A stretch of DNA of 64,000 nucleotides. Source: an uncultured Eubacteriales bacterium (GTDB lineage: Bacteria; Bacillota; Clostridia; Christensenellales; UBA1242). The stretch lies in assembly GCA_948607205.1 (NCBI GenBank), contig CAPERS010000005.1:834-64833 (forward strand), written 5' to 3'. The notes under the pieces are model-generated. The model saw only the letters and a list, made by a program, of their open reading frames with translations. It searched no databases and had not been told where the DNA came from. Of the stretch, positions 44,001 to 59,000 are shown piece after piece. Numbering within the stretch: the first letter of the stretch is position 1; each line of letters begins with the position of its first letter. The translations under genes were made by a program, and so were the position numbers.

Positions 44001-47000
44001 CGGGCAGAACAGGCAAAATCTATATCTTGCCAAAAGATGCAATCAACAATGAAAGAATTTATTTCTATGACGGATTTGATACTGGTGATGACGGCAACAA
44101 AGTCTATGACAATCACAAAAAGTCAATCATGCTTGCAGATATTGGCAAGGAATTTGAAAATATTAAAAATTATTTCTTTATCAATAACAACAAAGAAGAA
44201 ATTAAACTTTCAAACATTATTGTTGAAATCCCAGTGACGATTGCAGACGGCGAAAGTTTTGACACCGCTTACAGAATTTATAGCGAATCTCAACTCAGTT
44301 CTTTCAATCCAAAGAAGTTCTATACTTTTATGAACAATGTGACCATAAGTCAAGATACTGCTGTAAAAATAAAGACATTAGGAACTTTCGAAGGTGGAAT
44401 TCAAGGTGCAACACCTCAAACAACTATTGTTTTTGAAGGCTCAAATATTATCGGAATCAATAACGGAACAATTCGCAACATCACTTTTGCAGGAACAGTT
44501 AATGGCAGTTCTGGCTTTGTGGCAACAACAAACAACGGAACAATGCAAAATGTGACAGTTGACGTGACAACTAATGAAAATGGTTATATCTACAGTTCAC
44601 TTAACGCTTTAGTTGACAATAATGGCGCAGGCGGACTTGTTGGACTTAATGGCGTAAGCGGAACAATTGAAAATTGTGCAGTGCTTGGGCTTAATATTGC
44701 ATCAAACGATAAAGATTCTGATTTATCAATCGCAGGCGGACTTGTTGGAACAAACAAAGGAACAATCTTATCTTCAAGAGTTGAATTTTATAACTTCAAT
44801 AACGCAGTTCGAAACACAATTTCTGCACAAAAGGTTGCTGGTCTTGCTTACGCAAATAATGGCAGAATCGAAAGCTCTTTTGCTTACAACTATTCAAGCG
44901 AAAATGTTTTAAATGGTGACTCAAAAGCACTTGTTTATTCTGCTGGCGACAGTTCAATTTTGACTCTATCTTTTGCATCAGTTGGTGTTGCGTTAAATCA
45001 TGATGATGATAGTTCGATAAAACTCACAAACGGATATGTCAAATATTCAAAAGCAAAAGAAGACGGAACTGGAAATGAGGAAATAATTGACTATTATGAC
45101 GAAGACGGTTTTATACGTCATATTAATGATTCAAATTTTGACACTAGTATTGCAAACAATGAAAACTTTGTAGTTTCAGGCGAAGAAGGATTTTTAGCCT
45201 ATGTCAATAATGGGGAAGCGCATTTGAAAGATGTTTTCCAAGACAGAGTTTTAACAGAAGGCGAGATTGAAAATTTAAATCCACAAACTCACGAAGTTAA
45301 TGGGTTCTATAAAACTTTAAGTGTTTCGCAAAATAGTGCAATAGGATTTTTCTATAAAGTTGAAGATTTGACTTTGACAGCAAAAGAGAAAAATGAACTT
45401 GATGGCTATAACAGAGTTTCACTTGACGAATTTGTTGGTGACAGTTCTGGAATTGTTGCAATTTCAGACAATGCTTATGTTGCAAACATTATTGGAAATG
45501 AAATTGTTTTCACAGGCGTTGGAAACGCGACTATCACACTTGTTTCAAAACAAAATTATCAATTGAAAAAAGATATAAACATCGAAGTTGTTTATTCATT
45601 GTCAAAACTTAAAGCCTCATATAACTTCGGTGGAAAGTCAGTTGAAATTTTGAAAGGTCAAACTCATAACTTGCAAACAGGAGCAACTCGCTCTATAACT
45701 TACACATTTGACAAAAATATAATCAGACTTGGTGCGTCAGCGAAAGCGTTCAATCTTGTTGAAAACAATGTGAACCTTAGAAACAATGAATATATTTTAA
45801 CAACTCCTCGCGTTCTGACAATCACTGAAAATAATATTGTAAGCGGTAGGTCAATTGAAGTTAATCCAATCTTGTCTGGAAGAGAAGATGATAATGATTT
45901 TTCATCATATCAAAGTGCAATCAACGCTGAGTTTGGTCATAACTTTAAATTGTCAACATATCAAGGCGCTCTTGACCTGCGCTATTCACTTGATAAGGTT
46001 GACATTTCACCGGCAGTGACAGGTTCAATCAAAGCCGTTCTCACAACTTCAAATGAGGAAGATACAATTGCTCCTATTGTCAGATTGGGAGATGTCGCAC
46101 TTGACATTTATCAAGAAGAAGATGGCAGTTACACAGCATCATATTCAAAAGGTGAAAATGAACGCTTGAAAATTTCTGTTTCACGATTAAGCAGAAAAGA
46201 AATTTCAGGCAATAAATATGAAATTGAATTCTTGATTGAGATTTCAGTTCATGAAAATTATAAGTGGGCAGTTTCAAACGCAGAGAAATACGATGTGACA
46301 TTCTATTCACTAGGAAAAACTGTCAGTGACAGTTTTGATTTGACGGTATCGCCTCAAGCTTTCAATTATATCGATGTCAACAACTATAAGGTTGAGCATA
46401 TAACTTCTGCAAACATTCAAGGTGTTAACAAAGATATTTACCATATCGAAAACAAAGCATCGTCAGTTCTTGCACCTGGAAATAACTCAATTTTGAAAGT
46501 CAATATCAATCCTCAGTTTGCAAACTATCACCACTTGAAAATTTCATACACTGGCGAACAAACTTTGAACGCAGTTGTTATGAAGAAAATGGTGGCAAAA
46601 AATGCTGATGATGAAAATGCGACTGAGTTCTATGAAAACACTGTGACAAGTGGCGTAGAAAACTTTGGCAATGTGATGATTGTCACTCCAAGTCTTGACG
46701 ATAGAAAAACTGGCAACATGTTCTTCAACATTTGGATAAATCAATCAGTCAATGTCAACAACACAAATCTCACATTTGATATCACTTTCTTCGATGAAAA
46801 TGACAATCCAATCACAAGCGTCAAGAGTTTTATCAGAGTTTCATACCTGCAAGAGCCAAACATCACAGTCAATGGTCAAAGAGAACTTTCTTTTGTTGCA
46901 AAAGGCGAAACAGCGAAAGGTAAGTTGTATTTCGACGCAGACCAAACAGTAAGCACAAATCCAATCATGATTGAGGATGCAAAAGGCATTCGTGTTGTGA

Positions 47001-50000
47001 ATCAAAGAGAGGTTGAGTCTGACATTGCAGGCAGAAGACTTATCGAATTTGATGTTGTTGTTGAACTCGATGCTGAAGCAATCGGCGGAAACAATGCAGT
47101 TAAGCTTTCTGCAAACGTAAAAGGTGAAGTTCAACAAAAAACTGCATATAACACAATGACAATCGTTGACCTTGCAATCAACACAAACCCTCAGTCAATC
47201 AAACTCGAAGGTTCTGATTCAGACACATTGCAAGCATATGTTGGCGTTGGAAAAATGCTTAAGTTTAACTATACTTTCATGCCAGAAGAATATAGTTATG
47301 ACCTCAGTGACGGCGCTCAAATTGAAGCGGTGAGAAAACTTCAACAAAAAAGAAATGAGTTTTCTTCTTCTGGGCTTTATATTGAAGGTAACGAAGGCAA
47401 ATCATATTACAGCATAAACTATAACTCAAATCACACACAAGAAAAACCACTCGCACAAAGAATTGACTATTTCAATGAAGAAACTGGCGGATGGTCAAGT
47501 ATTCTCAACACTGAATCTAATACCTTTGTTTCTTCGGTTAATGGATTGTTCACAATCAGCATGAATGCTGACGCAAGTGGAAATTATAGAGAAAATCAAC
47601 TTCTGATAACCGGTCTTAAGGAAACAAGCGAAAACAGTTCAGTCAGAATGAGAATGACAACATATATTAACTATGCAGGTCAAACCTTGCCAATTGTTAA
47701 AGAGTTCAATGTCGCAGTCAGTGAATATTCAGATGAAGACCTTCCTATAAGAGTCACAAATGAACAAGAATTTTTGAAAATGGCTGAAGGCAAAGAGCAA
47801 AACTATATCCTTGCAAATGATATAACTCTTAAAAATTATTCACCATTAAACACTGAAAATATCGCAAGTCTTGATGGAAACGGACATGTTATCAACATTG
47901 AATCTTTCAAAACAGAAAAAGAAAACGCTTCTCAAAACACACTTCAACTTGCACTATTTAATAATGTAACATCAAACACAACTTTAAAGAATGTCGTTGT
48001 CAATGTCTATAACGCAGGCAGACAAATCCTTGCAGACATTGATGACTATTCAAGTTTTGAAATTGCAGGTTTTGCAATCAGCAACGCTGGAATCATCACA
48101 AACTGCTCGGTTGTTGCTTTCAACTCAGAGCGTCAAGAAGGTGAAGATATCAGTCCTGTTGGAACTTATGGCTTGAATGTCACTTACATCAAAGGAACAG
48201 GAACTTCATCACCTCAATACTTGACTGACGGAAGCAATTGGTCAAGCCAAGTTGCAGGCTTTGCAATCAGAAACACAGGAAGTATCACCAATTCCAAAGT
48301 GGGAGGCGATAGCGTTTATCTTATCGGAAATAAATATACTTCTGACCTTAATGACGGCGACCCAAGATATACTTTAAACATTGTTCAACTTGAATATTTC
48401 AATATCAAAGGTCAAGGCAATATGTCAGGTTTTGTGCTTGACAACTCAGGATATATTTCTGCATCAAGCGTTAAAAACCTTTCAATGAACAACCAATCAG
48501 AAGCACCACAATTCTACACAGCAGGCTTCGTTGGAAACAACACAAGTTCAATTATTACTTCTTATGTGGAAGGCGTTAAAAGTAACGATGACCGCGACTC
48601 TTACAAATTCTGCAGAATGGGCTCGATGATTCAATCAAAAATGGGCGTTGTCAGCGGATTTGCTTATCAAACATCAGAAAGCGCAACAATAAAGGACAGT
48701 TATTCAAACATCGGAATCGCAAACAGTGATGTTCAAGAAGAAACCTATCTCGCATCAGGCTTTATCTATATAAATAAAGGAAGTTTATATAACTGCTATT
48801 CATCTTCACAAATTCAAAATCAAACTTACTCTCAAATGAACTTCTCTGGCGTTGACTCAAACGGAAATCTTTTGAACACCGACGGAAGTTATGAAAACTG
48901 TTATTATTATAACCCAGCCTACACAGAAGTTGGTGACAGTGGCGAGCCAACTGAATCAAGTTTTAAAACTGGTGCAGGTCAATTGCGCGATGTAACAAAA
49001 CAAGGCTCTTTCTATGGCTTTGCAATTGGCGGAGAAACAAGCACAAACACAATTTGGAGAATGACACTAAATGAAGGCATCAAACTTGTTGAGCCAGATA
49101 TGCTTTCATTCTCACACAGATACTATCAAGTTCTGTCAAATCAAGAAGATGTCGAAAAAGACGAACAAAAATATATCCTTCCATATGCAACAATCATGCT
49201 TGACGGCGATATAAGAGATATGTCTTATGGCTCGATTTATAATCCAATCATCATCAGAACTCCACAAGAATTTTTGGATGTCACAGGCGTAAGCAAGTCT
49301 TCAAGCATCAATGAAAAAGTTGATGCGAAGGCAGTTAAAGGTGTTTATCGCTTGGTTTCAAACCTTGACTTCAATGAACTTGCATCAAGTGAAGAACAAG
49401 TGAATGGAATTGACATTCCTTCAACAAGAAAATCACTCACAGGTATCATATATGGCAATGGTTTCACAATTTCAAACATTAACCTTGCAGGAAGTCAACA
49501 ACGCGAAACTTTTGCTTATGGTCTTTTCGGTGCAATTGAAAGCGTTAAAAACAGCAGTGGAAATATTGAACTTGAAGCGATGATTTTGAATCTCAACCTC
49601 ACAATCTCAAAAGTTATCAACAATAAAGCGTCAGCAGTTGGCGCTCTTGCAGGATTTGTTCGTGACGCAAGCGTTGTCAATGTCAACCTATCATTTAATG
49701 ATAATGCTTCAGTTGAAGGCTCAAACTTTGTTGGTGGCGTTGTCGGCTTTGCGTTCGCAAACAGCACACTCAAAAATCTTACAACAGAAAACACAAAGGT
49801 GGTTGCAAGCCGACGTGTGAGCGACAACACCGAACCTCTTAATGCAGAAAGTTTGGCAACTCTTAGAAACAGCAATGAATTTAAATCTATAACAACAAGC
49901 CTTTATTCAAACCTCGGACAAACTGAAATTGACAACCTTATCAAAAAGGTTGAAAAAATGTCATTTGCAGGTGGTATAGTCGGCTTTGTGGACATATTTG

Positions 50001-53000
50001 AAGGCAATGGCAACGACGCATATTATTCAGAAACAGACTTCACCAAGTCAAAAGATTTCTTGACTTACAATGTTGTAAGCATCAAAGCAGAGGGTCCAAC
50101 ATTTGTTCAAGCAGGTGTTGCAGGCGGACTTATCGGGCTTTCTGGATGCAACACTTCTGTCAAAGACGCACAGCTTATCATTGACGGAACAATGTCAGAC
50201 AATCAAACTCATATCGTTTCAATCAAACATTATGCCGGTGCAATCATTGGTCAGTCATTCGGCACACTTTCTCAACTTGTTGCAACCCATGATGCACAAA
50301 CTCAAAGAACAATTCAAACAAACATGGGCAGATATTATAATGGCAAAAGTTTTGATAAGTCACTTGAACGTGGCGCAATTGATTTGTTCAGTTCAATAAG
50401 CGGAGAATATAACCGCATTGCAGTGGGCGGACTTGTTGGCTATGTTGGAAGCGGTTCAATGAACCTTTCTTATTCAAACCTTAACGCAGTTGACCTTGAA
50501 GCAAATTATGCAGGTGGTCTTATCGGAGAAATCGACATTCATGAAAATGTTCAAGCATATAAGTCAACAAACGGCACAGTTCAAGGTTATGAAAGTAAGT
50601 ATATCATCAATCAATCATACGCAAGCGGTGATGTTCGTGGAAAAATTGCTGCTGGAGGTATAATCGGCAAACTTAACGAATGCAGTGATACAAAAGAAAA
50701 GGCAGGTGTTGCACTTCATGCTGTCAACTCTGTCAACTTCTTCTCAGTTTATAACTATCAAACAGGCGAAAATTTTGTGGATATTGACAGGGATAATGAC
50801 ATCTTCTCATCGAACAATGTCTATGCCTTTGTCGGTGAATTTGCTAAAAAATCAAACGCGGTAAATTTGCCAAATACAGACGCTGATGGAAACATTGTTG
50901 AAGACCTCAGCCCTTGGCTTTCACTTGTGATTGAAACAACAAGTGAAGTTGATAACGAAGGAAATGAAACCCAATCTCAAGGCGCAACAGTCAGCAGAAT
51001 TTATCGCTACTTCACAAACGCCAGTCAAGGCGAACAAGTGGAAAAAATTGATGTTGCACCAAAATTTGCTCCAAATGTTGATAGTGAATTGATTATAGAA
51101 GTGAAAGAAGATGAAGAAGGAAACAAAGACAAACTTTCATACTTGACAAAGACAGAAGAACCTGAAAAATATACAGACATCAAAACAGGAAAGTCTTTCA
51201 CTCAAGGCTCTTTCCTCAGCAATTCTTTCTGGTCAAAAGATAACTGGGTTCATGAAGACACAACTCTTTTCCCAACCTTGAAATATACTGACGCTTTCGG
51301 CTATTTCATTTATCTCGACCAGTTCAACATCGGCACCGTTATCAAAACCATGAGAGAAAACAGTAATGTTGAAGTTGTTGTCAGAGGAAGAAAATATAAA
51401 GATAACGACCAAGAAATTGGCGATATTAACATGATTGAATATTTCCAAACTCTAGGAACCTTTAAGCAAATTCAAAATTTCGCAGGCACAATAAGAAGTT
51501 TAAAAAACACTTCAAGTTCTTCAGGTGAACTTGTCAAGATTATTCTTGACAGACCGCTTTTTGAAAGCACATCATCGGGCTTCACTCTTAAAGACACTGT
51601 GATAAGTTTTGAAAACAGGAAAGTTAATGAAGAAGTTACAAGTGACAATATATTTAAAGCAGGTAATAGTTTTTCAGGTGCATTTGCCAATGGAACAATG
51701 ACTGAAGCGGTTATCTCAAATGTGAGATTTGAATTCAAAAATGCAGGAATGAAATTGACTGGCGAAAACGTTGGTCTTATCGCTCCTGAAATTAGTAGTT
51801 CAAATATTTCAAACACTGAAATTTTAATCGACAATTCTGACACAGACAAATCTGACACGAAACCATTTAGCAACGACTCTTTCTTGTCAGTTTCTTTGGA
51901 AACAAAAAATGTTGGACTTTTCGCTGGCGTTCTAAGACAAATTTCAGCCGTTCGCCAAATGAATTTCTCAATGAACTCAATTAAGGTTGCTGACGTAGAA
52001 AACTTTAACAAAAATAATCCCTTTATTGCTTTCAATAGTTCATCAGTTAATATTGCTGAAAGTGTTTCAGTTGGCTCAATGATTGGTCGTGCTGAATTTG
52101 AAAAAAATAATTCTGGCAACAAACAAGCATTCAGCATTGCTTTGCAAAGCCTCTCAACAACTCCAACCTTCAAGTTCTCGGCTCCAGGGAATCTGTTTAA
52201 AACCTTAAATGTTGGCGGCATGATTGGAACACTTGGCACAAGTGTCAATTTGAGTGTAAACGCAAACTTTGACACTGATACAGTTTTTGTCAATAGTGAA
52301 CTTATAGTTACAAGTCCAAGTAAGTCAAAAACAACTTCCCTTAATTATGGCGGAATTGTTGGCTACATCGAAAACACAGGTTCAGTAGTTTCAATTTCAA
52401 ACGATGGAAAAAGCACTGCAAGTGTTAACACCAAAATTACTTCAATATTAAATAAAAATAACAATGTTTGGAAAGAAGTAAACTATGGTGGACTTGTCGG
52501 AAAATCTGAAAGACAAGTTGGTGTCAAAAACTTTAAAACATATAATGTGACAAATGGAGAATTAAGTAAAGATATTCTTAAACTTGCCCAAGAAAATCTT
52601 TCATACACGACAGATCCAATTGAAGCAAATTCAATCAACTATGGTGGATATGTTGGCGACGGCACAATAGTAAACATTGAAACTCAAAAAGAATGCGCTA
52701 TAGAATTCGATAATGCTTCAAACGAACAAGTTAACATCATTTCGCTTAAGGCCGATACAGTCAATGCAGGTGGTCTGGTTGGTCAGGCGCAAACAGTAAG
52801 CATGAGCGGAAATGGCAGAATCAAAGTTATTGATTCTTTCAATGTTTCAAATTTGGAAACAACCTCTTCTTCAACAAAAGCGGGAGAAACAACGAACTCA
52901 ATAGCCAACGTTGGTGGATTTGTTGGTTCGGCATCAAATGTGAATTTCACTTCAAGCAGAAGCAATGTCAGCAGATATGACGGTCACATCCTTCTTGACA

Positions 53001-56000
53001 CAACATCTTCAATCAATGCCGGTGGTATTGTTGGAAGAGTTGTGAATGAAGGCTCAACAAACAATTCAGCAAACGGCTCTGCAACTTTGGATTGGCTTTC
53101 ATTCGGTGGAGATATCAGACTTTCAAATAAATCATCAGACATAAAAATAGGTGGAACTGCAGGTTATATTTCTGTAAACAGAATTGATATGCATAACAAC
53201 TATAACTACGGCGACGTCTTTGTTGCAAAAGAAATCACTTCAATATCTGAATACTTCTTTGGTGGACTTATTGGTCAAACCGATACGACAAATTTGACAG
53301 AGGCTGAAATTAATTCTAACTATAGTTTAGTAACTCATAACAGTGATATCATAACCAAAGATAATAATGCAAACATTCATGCTTTGTTTGGAACGCAAGT
53401 TGCTAAAGAAAAAAGCGACAGTGGAAATATTCAAGTATCTTCAAACTTCTATAACCATGGCGTTACTCTCACAACCGATAACCAAGGCATTGATATGGGT
53501 TATATGTCAGCATATAACAATGACGGCAGATATGGATATGGAATTAAGAAAGAGAACACTAGTGTAGTTGATTTAGGATATAACACTGACAGTAATATTG
53601 TAACAGTGATTAAAGGTGTGCTTGGCGATAACGTTGAAGAAGGTTCAAAACTTAAACCAAAATCATTGACTTCAATGGAAACTACAATTGAAAAAGCAAA
53701 ACTTTCATCAGATACTTCAGTTAAGTATTATCATATCCCTTCAGACAACAGTGGCTCTACAACATTTGATTGGCAGTCTGACTCTTCTCACTCTTACGAA
53801 CTTACAAACGTTGCAATAATAGGCGATGCCAACACTATCGTTCTTAAAGGTTTTAAAGACAATTTCATAAGCAAAATGTCTGGCTATTCATACATTTCTG
53901 ACCTTGTTGTCAATATTGAAAACATGGTTGTCGGCGAAAATACCTCAGACAAAAAAATTGTCGGTGGTCTTGTTGGACAAATGGAAGGTGGAAACATTTT
54001 CGCTGTCGGCATAGACGGAAAAATTGAACTAGCAGGCTCAGGAACTTCCACAGTCGGTGGAATTGTCGGAAAAATGACTCGAGGCACAATCAGTGACAGT
54101 TACAGCGTCGCTGACATCCTCTATCGCGCTGGCCAAAATGAAGACAATTATGGAAACATGTCCGGAATAGTTGGTCAAGGAGATGAAACTACCAGCAAAA
54201 ACATTTACGGCACTTTCAGTGGTGGTTCGCTCACAAGTTATATCGACGCAAACCTTCACGCATTCGCAGGTGGCGAAAACATCTCAATTGACAATTCATA
54301 CACTTACACCTATCTCGACTGGAACGACCATACAGATGGTACTGCGGATATTTCAAACAAACTTGATATTTGTGCATCCAACACATTTGGAGAAAACTTT
54401 GTCTTTGATACAAATGCAATAAACAGTAAAACGAATGGTGAAATAAATTATGGGAACCTTGAGGGATGTTTGGGTGATAATTGGGGTAGTAAGAGTATAA
54501 ATTATTATTTCAACTTTGGATATCCAACACGCACAGGCTTCAACTATCTCAAACCATCTTCGTTGTTTAGTTATGAAACTGACTCTGATAGAACAAAAAC
54601 TTTAGAAATAAAGACTGGGAATGAAAAATTATCAGATAATAAAAATACAGCAGAACTCTATGGATATACTTATAAACGCTTGTCAGTTAAAGACACACTC
54701 GCTGTAACTTCAACAAAAAGCCAAAATAATAATTATGCATATGGCATACCAAATGCATCAATATTTGAAAATATAAGTGACAAGAATTTAGATTCAAATA
54801 TCAAAATGCTTACTCTGCTTAATGATATTGATTTGTCCAATACAAGCATAGAATCATGGAATCCTTTTACAATCAAGATAGATAATAATAAAATCAGACA
54901 AAACTTTGATGGAAATGGACACACATTGCATAACTTCCAAAACACAATTTTTGAAAGTTTGGAAGGTGGAATGGTAACCAACTTACGTATCACAAATGAC
55001 GCAGTCAAAGATTTGTCCGCACCACTTCTTGTATCAGAACTCAACGGCACAACCGTTTCAAACCTTACTCTTTCAGGAAGAATAACTGGAAATGCAACTG
55101 GCAATTTAGGTGCTGTGGCAAATACTGCGACTGGCTCAACTACCTTAACTGCTGTAACAAATATGGTTAATATCGCTGTTGATGCTACAGCTGATTTACG
55201 AGTTGGTGGACTTGTAGGTAAAGTTGATAAAGAAAGCGAATTAACAATTAACTATTCATCAAACTATGCACCAATAGAGGTTGCAAATAATAATGATGTT
55301 AACAAAACAACTGATAATATAAATAATATAGAAAGAGAAGTATGTGTATTTATTTTTACAGGTGGTCTGGTAGGAAATAACTCGGGAACTACTTATATTT
55401 ATAACTCATACAACGCTAATGCAGTCATAAATGGTTATAGAAGTTCAGTGTCTGGAAAGACTGAGGGTAAATCTGCAGATTATAAAACAGGTGGACTGGT
55501 TGGTAGTAATAGTAAACAATTAAAAGTTTATAATTCTTATAACTCAGGTATTGTTAAATCAGGCAATAAAAATGTTACAGGAAAAGATGATAGGCCTTCT
55601 TCAGGGGTGTTGATAAGAGGTTCAGCACATCAATGTTCTTTTGCAGGCGGACTTGTTGGGTTTACCAATGACGCAAGTAATAGTGATGATGGAACTATTG
55701 TAAACAACTGCTTCAATGAAGGTTCAATCGAAGCATTGGGAACAGACCCTGTGACAGAGTATGATTTGCAGATTGAAGAAGTTGAAATAACGGAAGGGCC
55801 ATTGGGCGGATATAAGAATACAATAATAAAATCTGCAACACTATATCAGACAGACATTTGCAAAACTAATGTCTATGCTTATGATATAGGATACAATGTT
55901 ACAAGTATTGAAAGCAGTTCTGGAAAAAATAACATTGTTAGAAACGGCACGAGTCTAAATGGTAAACAAATATTATCAGTTGTTGAAATAGGTGATGAAT

Positions 56001-59000
56001 ATTGTGGTATTAAAAGCGTTGAGAAAAATAATGGTCGTTGGTCTTATGGAGAAACAGATGGAGATGGGACATACAAAAACTCTATGCAAACATATTTTGA
56101 AAGTTATTATACAAGACTGAGTAGTTTAAGTTTAGAAAGTGGAAAACAGTCATCAACCAATCTCGATAGGGCAGGCGTTTTTAAAAATCAAGGAGTTGAA
56201 GAAAAAGACATTGCTATAAAAAATAGCGAAGGAATAGTTAATTTAATAAAAGGAATTTGTTCAATAGATAAGCAAAATATTCCAGTTTCAATTGTATATA
56301 AAGTTCCTTATCAAAATTTTGTTCAGGTAATAGTTCCTGGTGCAGATAAGTCACTTGATTATTTGAATCTTGCGAAAATAGAGAATGTTTATTATGGATT
56401 TTATGCAAATCAAGAACTTTTGCAAATTAACTTCAAAGATGGGTTTATAGATGGTAAATATGAAAGCGATAAGTTTTCAGGTGAAAAAAATTATGAAGGT
56501 TATAAATCAGCGTTTGATTATTATAATAAAGGGGATAATTTATCTAATACTGACAAAGAAAATAGAAATTCTGAAGATGATAAAAATGTAAAGCAACAAT
56601 GTAAATATGAAACTAATTCACAAGGCGTTAATAAAACAACTATAAAAGGCGAAGCCTATAATTTAGTTTCGAATGGACCAAATGCATCTGCAGCATTAAC
56701 AGCTGGAAATACAACTTTGACTTTTGAAATAGATATTAGCTCTATTGGAAGTCTAAAAGATTTAACTCTTGATAGTGTTAAGTTATATAAAGAACAAGGT
56801 AATGAATACTTAGGTGAATTTAAAGACACTTCTTCCATTGTAAGCCAATCGGAAAAAAGTTCAACAATAAGCATTAAAGTGACTGCAGTTTTAGAAGAAG
56901 GAAGTTATGACGTAGAAGCGAGGGTTACATTCATAAAAACAACCAATTTGGAATTAAATAATTTAACAGGTTCATTAATTTATGATGATGTTGAAGAATC
57001 GAATACTGCGGGTCTTTTTGGAATATATGTAGGAGAATCTTTATCAGAATATATTGGTGAAGGGCTTAATCTAACTTGGAATGATGGTGATAAAGAATCG
57101 TCAAATATTATTCATGTAAGAAAAAATAATAAAGATTACTATATGGTTTATGATAGCAGTAGCAAAGTTTTATATTTTGCACCTGGGGCAAAACTTAATG
57201 GAGAACCTATAAACGAAGTTGTTGATGAATACACTAAGGACGTATTTAAGAGTATGTTTAGTGGCAACTGCGAGATAGTTAAAACTATTTCAGGCACTGC
57301 TACACAAAATATTACAGGCGAAAATGTTGATAAAAATATATCAAAAAATCATCAACTTGAAAGCGAAATAGAATATGAATTTGATGCTACTAGTGTAGGA
57401 GATGGCGCTATTAAAGCAATTTCTTATGAAAAAGATGGTGAAGATTTAATTATCAATCTTCAAGCAACAAATGAAGCCAAATTTGGTGGGTTTAATGCAA
57501 AATATATTTTTGGATTGAATCAGACAATAGAAAATAGTGATGGAGAAATTTCAAACCAATATATTCCGTTGTTAAGTAATGATGGCTATGGAAAGACGGC
57601 ATTTGATTCAGATTGGCAGATATTAAATGCTCAAGGTGATGTTGTGGTTGCCTTAACAGAAAATTCAACAAGTGAAAACTTTGGATTACGCTTTGTTGGA
57701 AAGGCAGATGAGTTTGCTGACGGAACAGAGATAAATGAAATTTTAGAAAGTCTTGATATTTTAAAATCAGTTAAGTATGCACCAGTAATAAATTTAGATA
57801 GTCAATATATTAATTATGAAGAGACAACTGACGACGGACTAAAACTGATTGTTAACATTTCTAAAAATGTTGATGAAAGAAGTATAATTGTTGGTAACGA
57901 ACATTACGAATTTGTTGATGGAAATATTCTACCTCTCAATAGAGATGATTTAATAAGTGTTTCGTTTGGAGGAGTAGAAATATTTGAAGGCTATGATATA
58001 AATTTCAAAATGCAAGAAAAAATTTCTTCTTATGATATTGATATAACTTTAGTAGGAGAAACTTCTGAACATGCAAAATTATTTGTTAATGGTGAAACGA
58101 TTGAAGGTGATTTATTATCTGGCTTGAAATATTTAAAAGAAGGTATAGAAGTTTCTGAAATTGAAAACCTTATGCTTGATATATTTGGTCAAGTTAAGTA
58201 TATAACTATTTCTAAACCTAATATTGATTCAATAGAAGGTAAACCAGAAGGGGATGTTAATTTAATTTTAACTGGCGCGACTTTAAATTTTGTAAATGAT
58301 GGAGATAAGTACACTGTCGAGTATATTTATGACGAAGAAAATCAAGAGTTTAAAGTGGCTAATATTAGGGCAATAATTAAAAACTGTTTTGGAGAAAATG
58401 GAATTGAAAATGATTTTTCATTTACAATAGAAAAGAAAGATGACGATTATATTTATGTTTCAAGCGAAACATTTGGAGATTTTTTAAGGTTTAAAGATGG
58501 GAAGTTTGAAAAAGCAATAATTTCAGGAGCTGATTCTGAAGTGGTAACATGGGAAGATGTAAATGGAAATTCTACAGATTTCATGCTTACAATTACAAAA
58601 ATTGATGAGAATGATGTTGAAGAAGTTGTAACATGGAAGTTAAAGATAGATTTAGATAAAATTCCAAATTTTGATAATTTCAAAATTCAAGATTCTAATA
58701 TTTATACGAATTTTGAATTAGATACGGATGATGAAAAACAATCTAAGTTTAATTGGGATATAAATGGTCAGAATTCAAAAAATATAGACTTGTTAAAAGA
58801 TATTGCTTTTTCATTAGAAGAAGGTCAAACTATAATCAATAATAATTCAAAAGTTCAAGTTAATGAAAATGGGCAAATAGAAAAGATAGACGCAAGTGAA
58901 TTAAAAAAATTGAATAATAATTTTTCTATTTCAATAACTGAAAAAACAGATCCTTTAAGTGTCACAATTAAAAAAACAGGTCAAGGAGAAACCTGCTACA

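Noticed and set aside
51472-52293. 273-aa antisense ORF inside the giant gene, and similar long antisense or alternative-frame ORFs at 3375-4085, 24954-25451 and 62221-63252
   Set aside because: Each is fully embedded in a strongly supported gene (giant lipoprotein, pflB, DegV, uvrB). Each also lacks an RBS and has low-complexity or unnatural composition typical of shadow ORFs.
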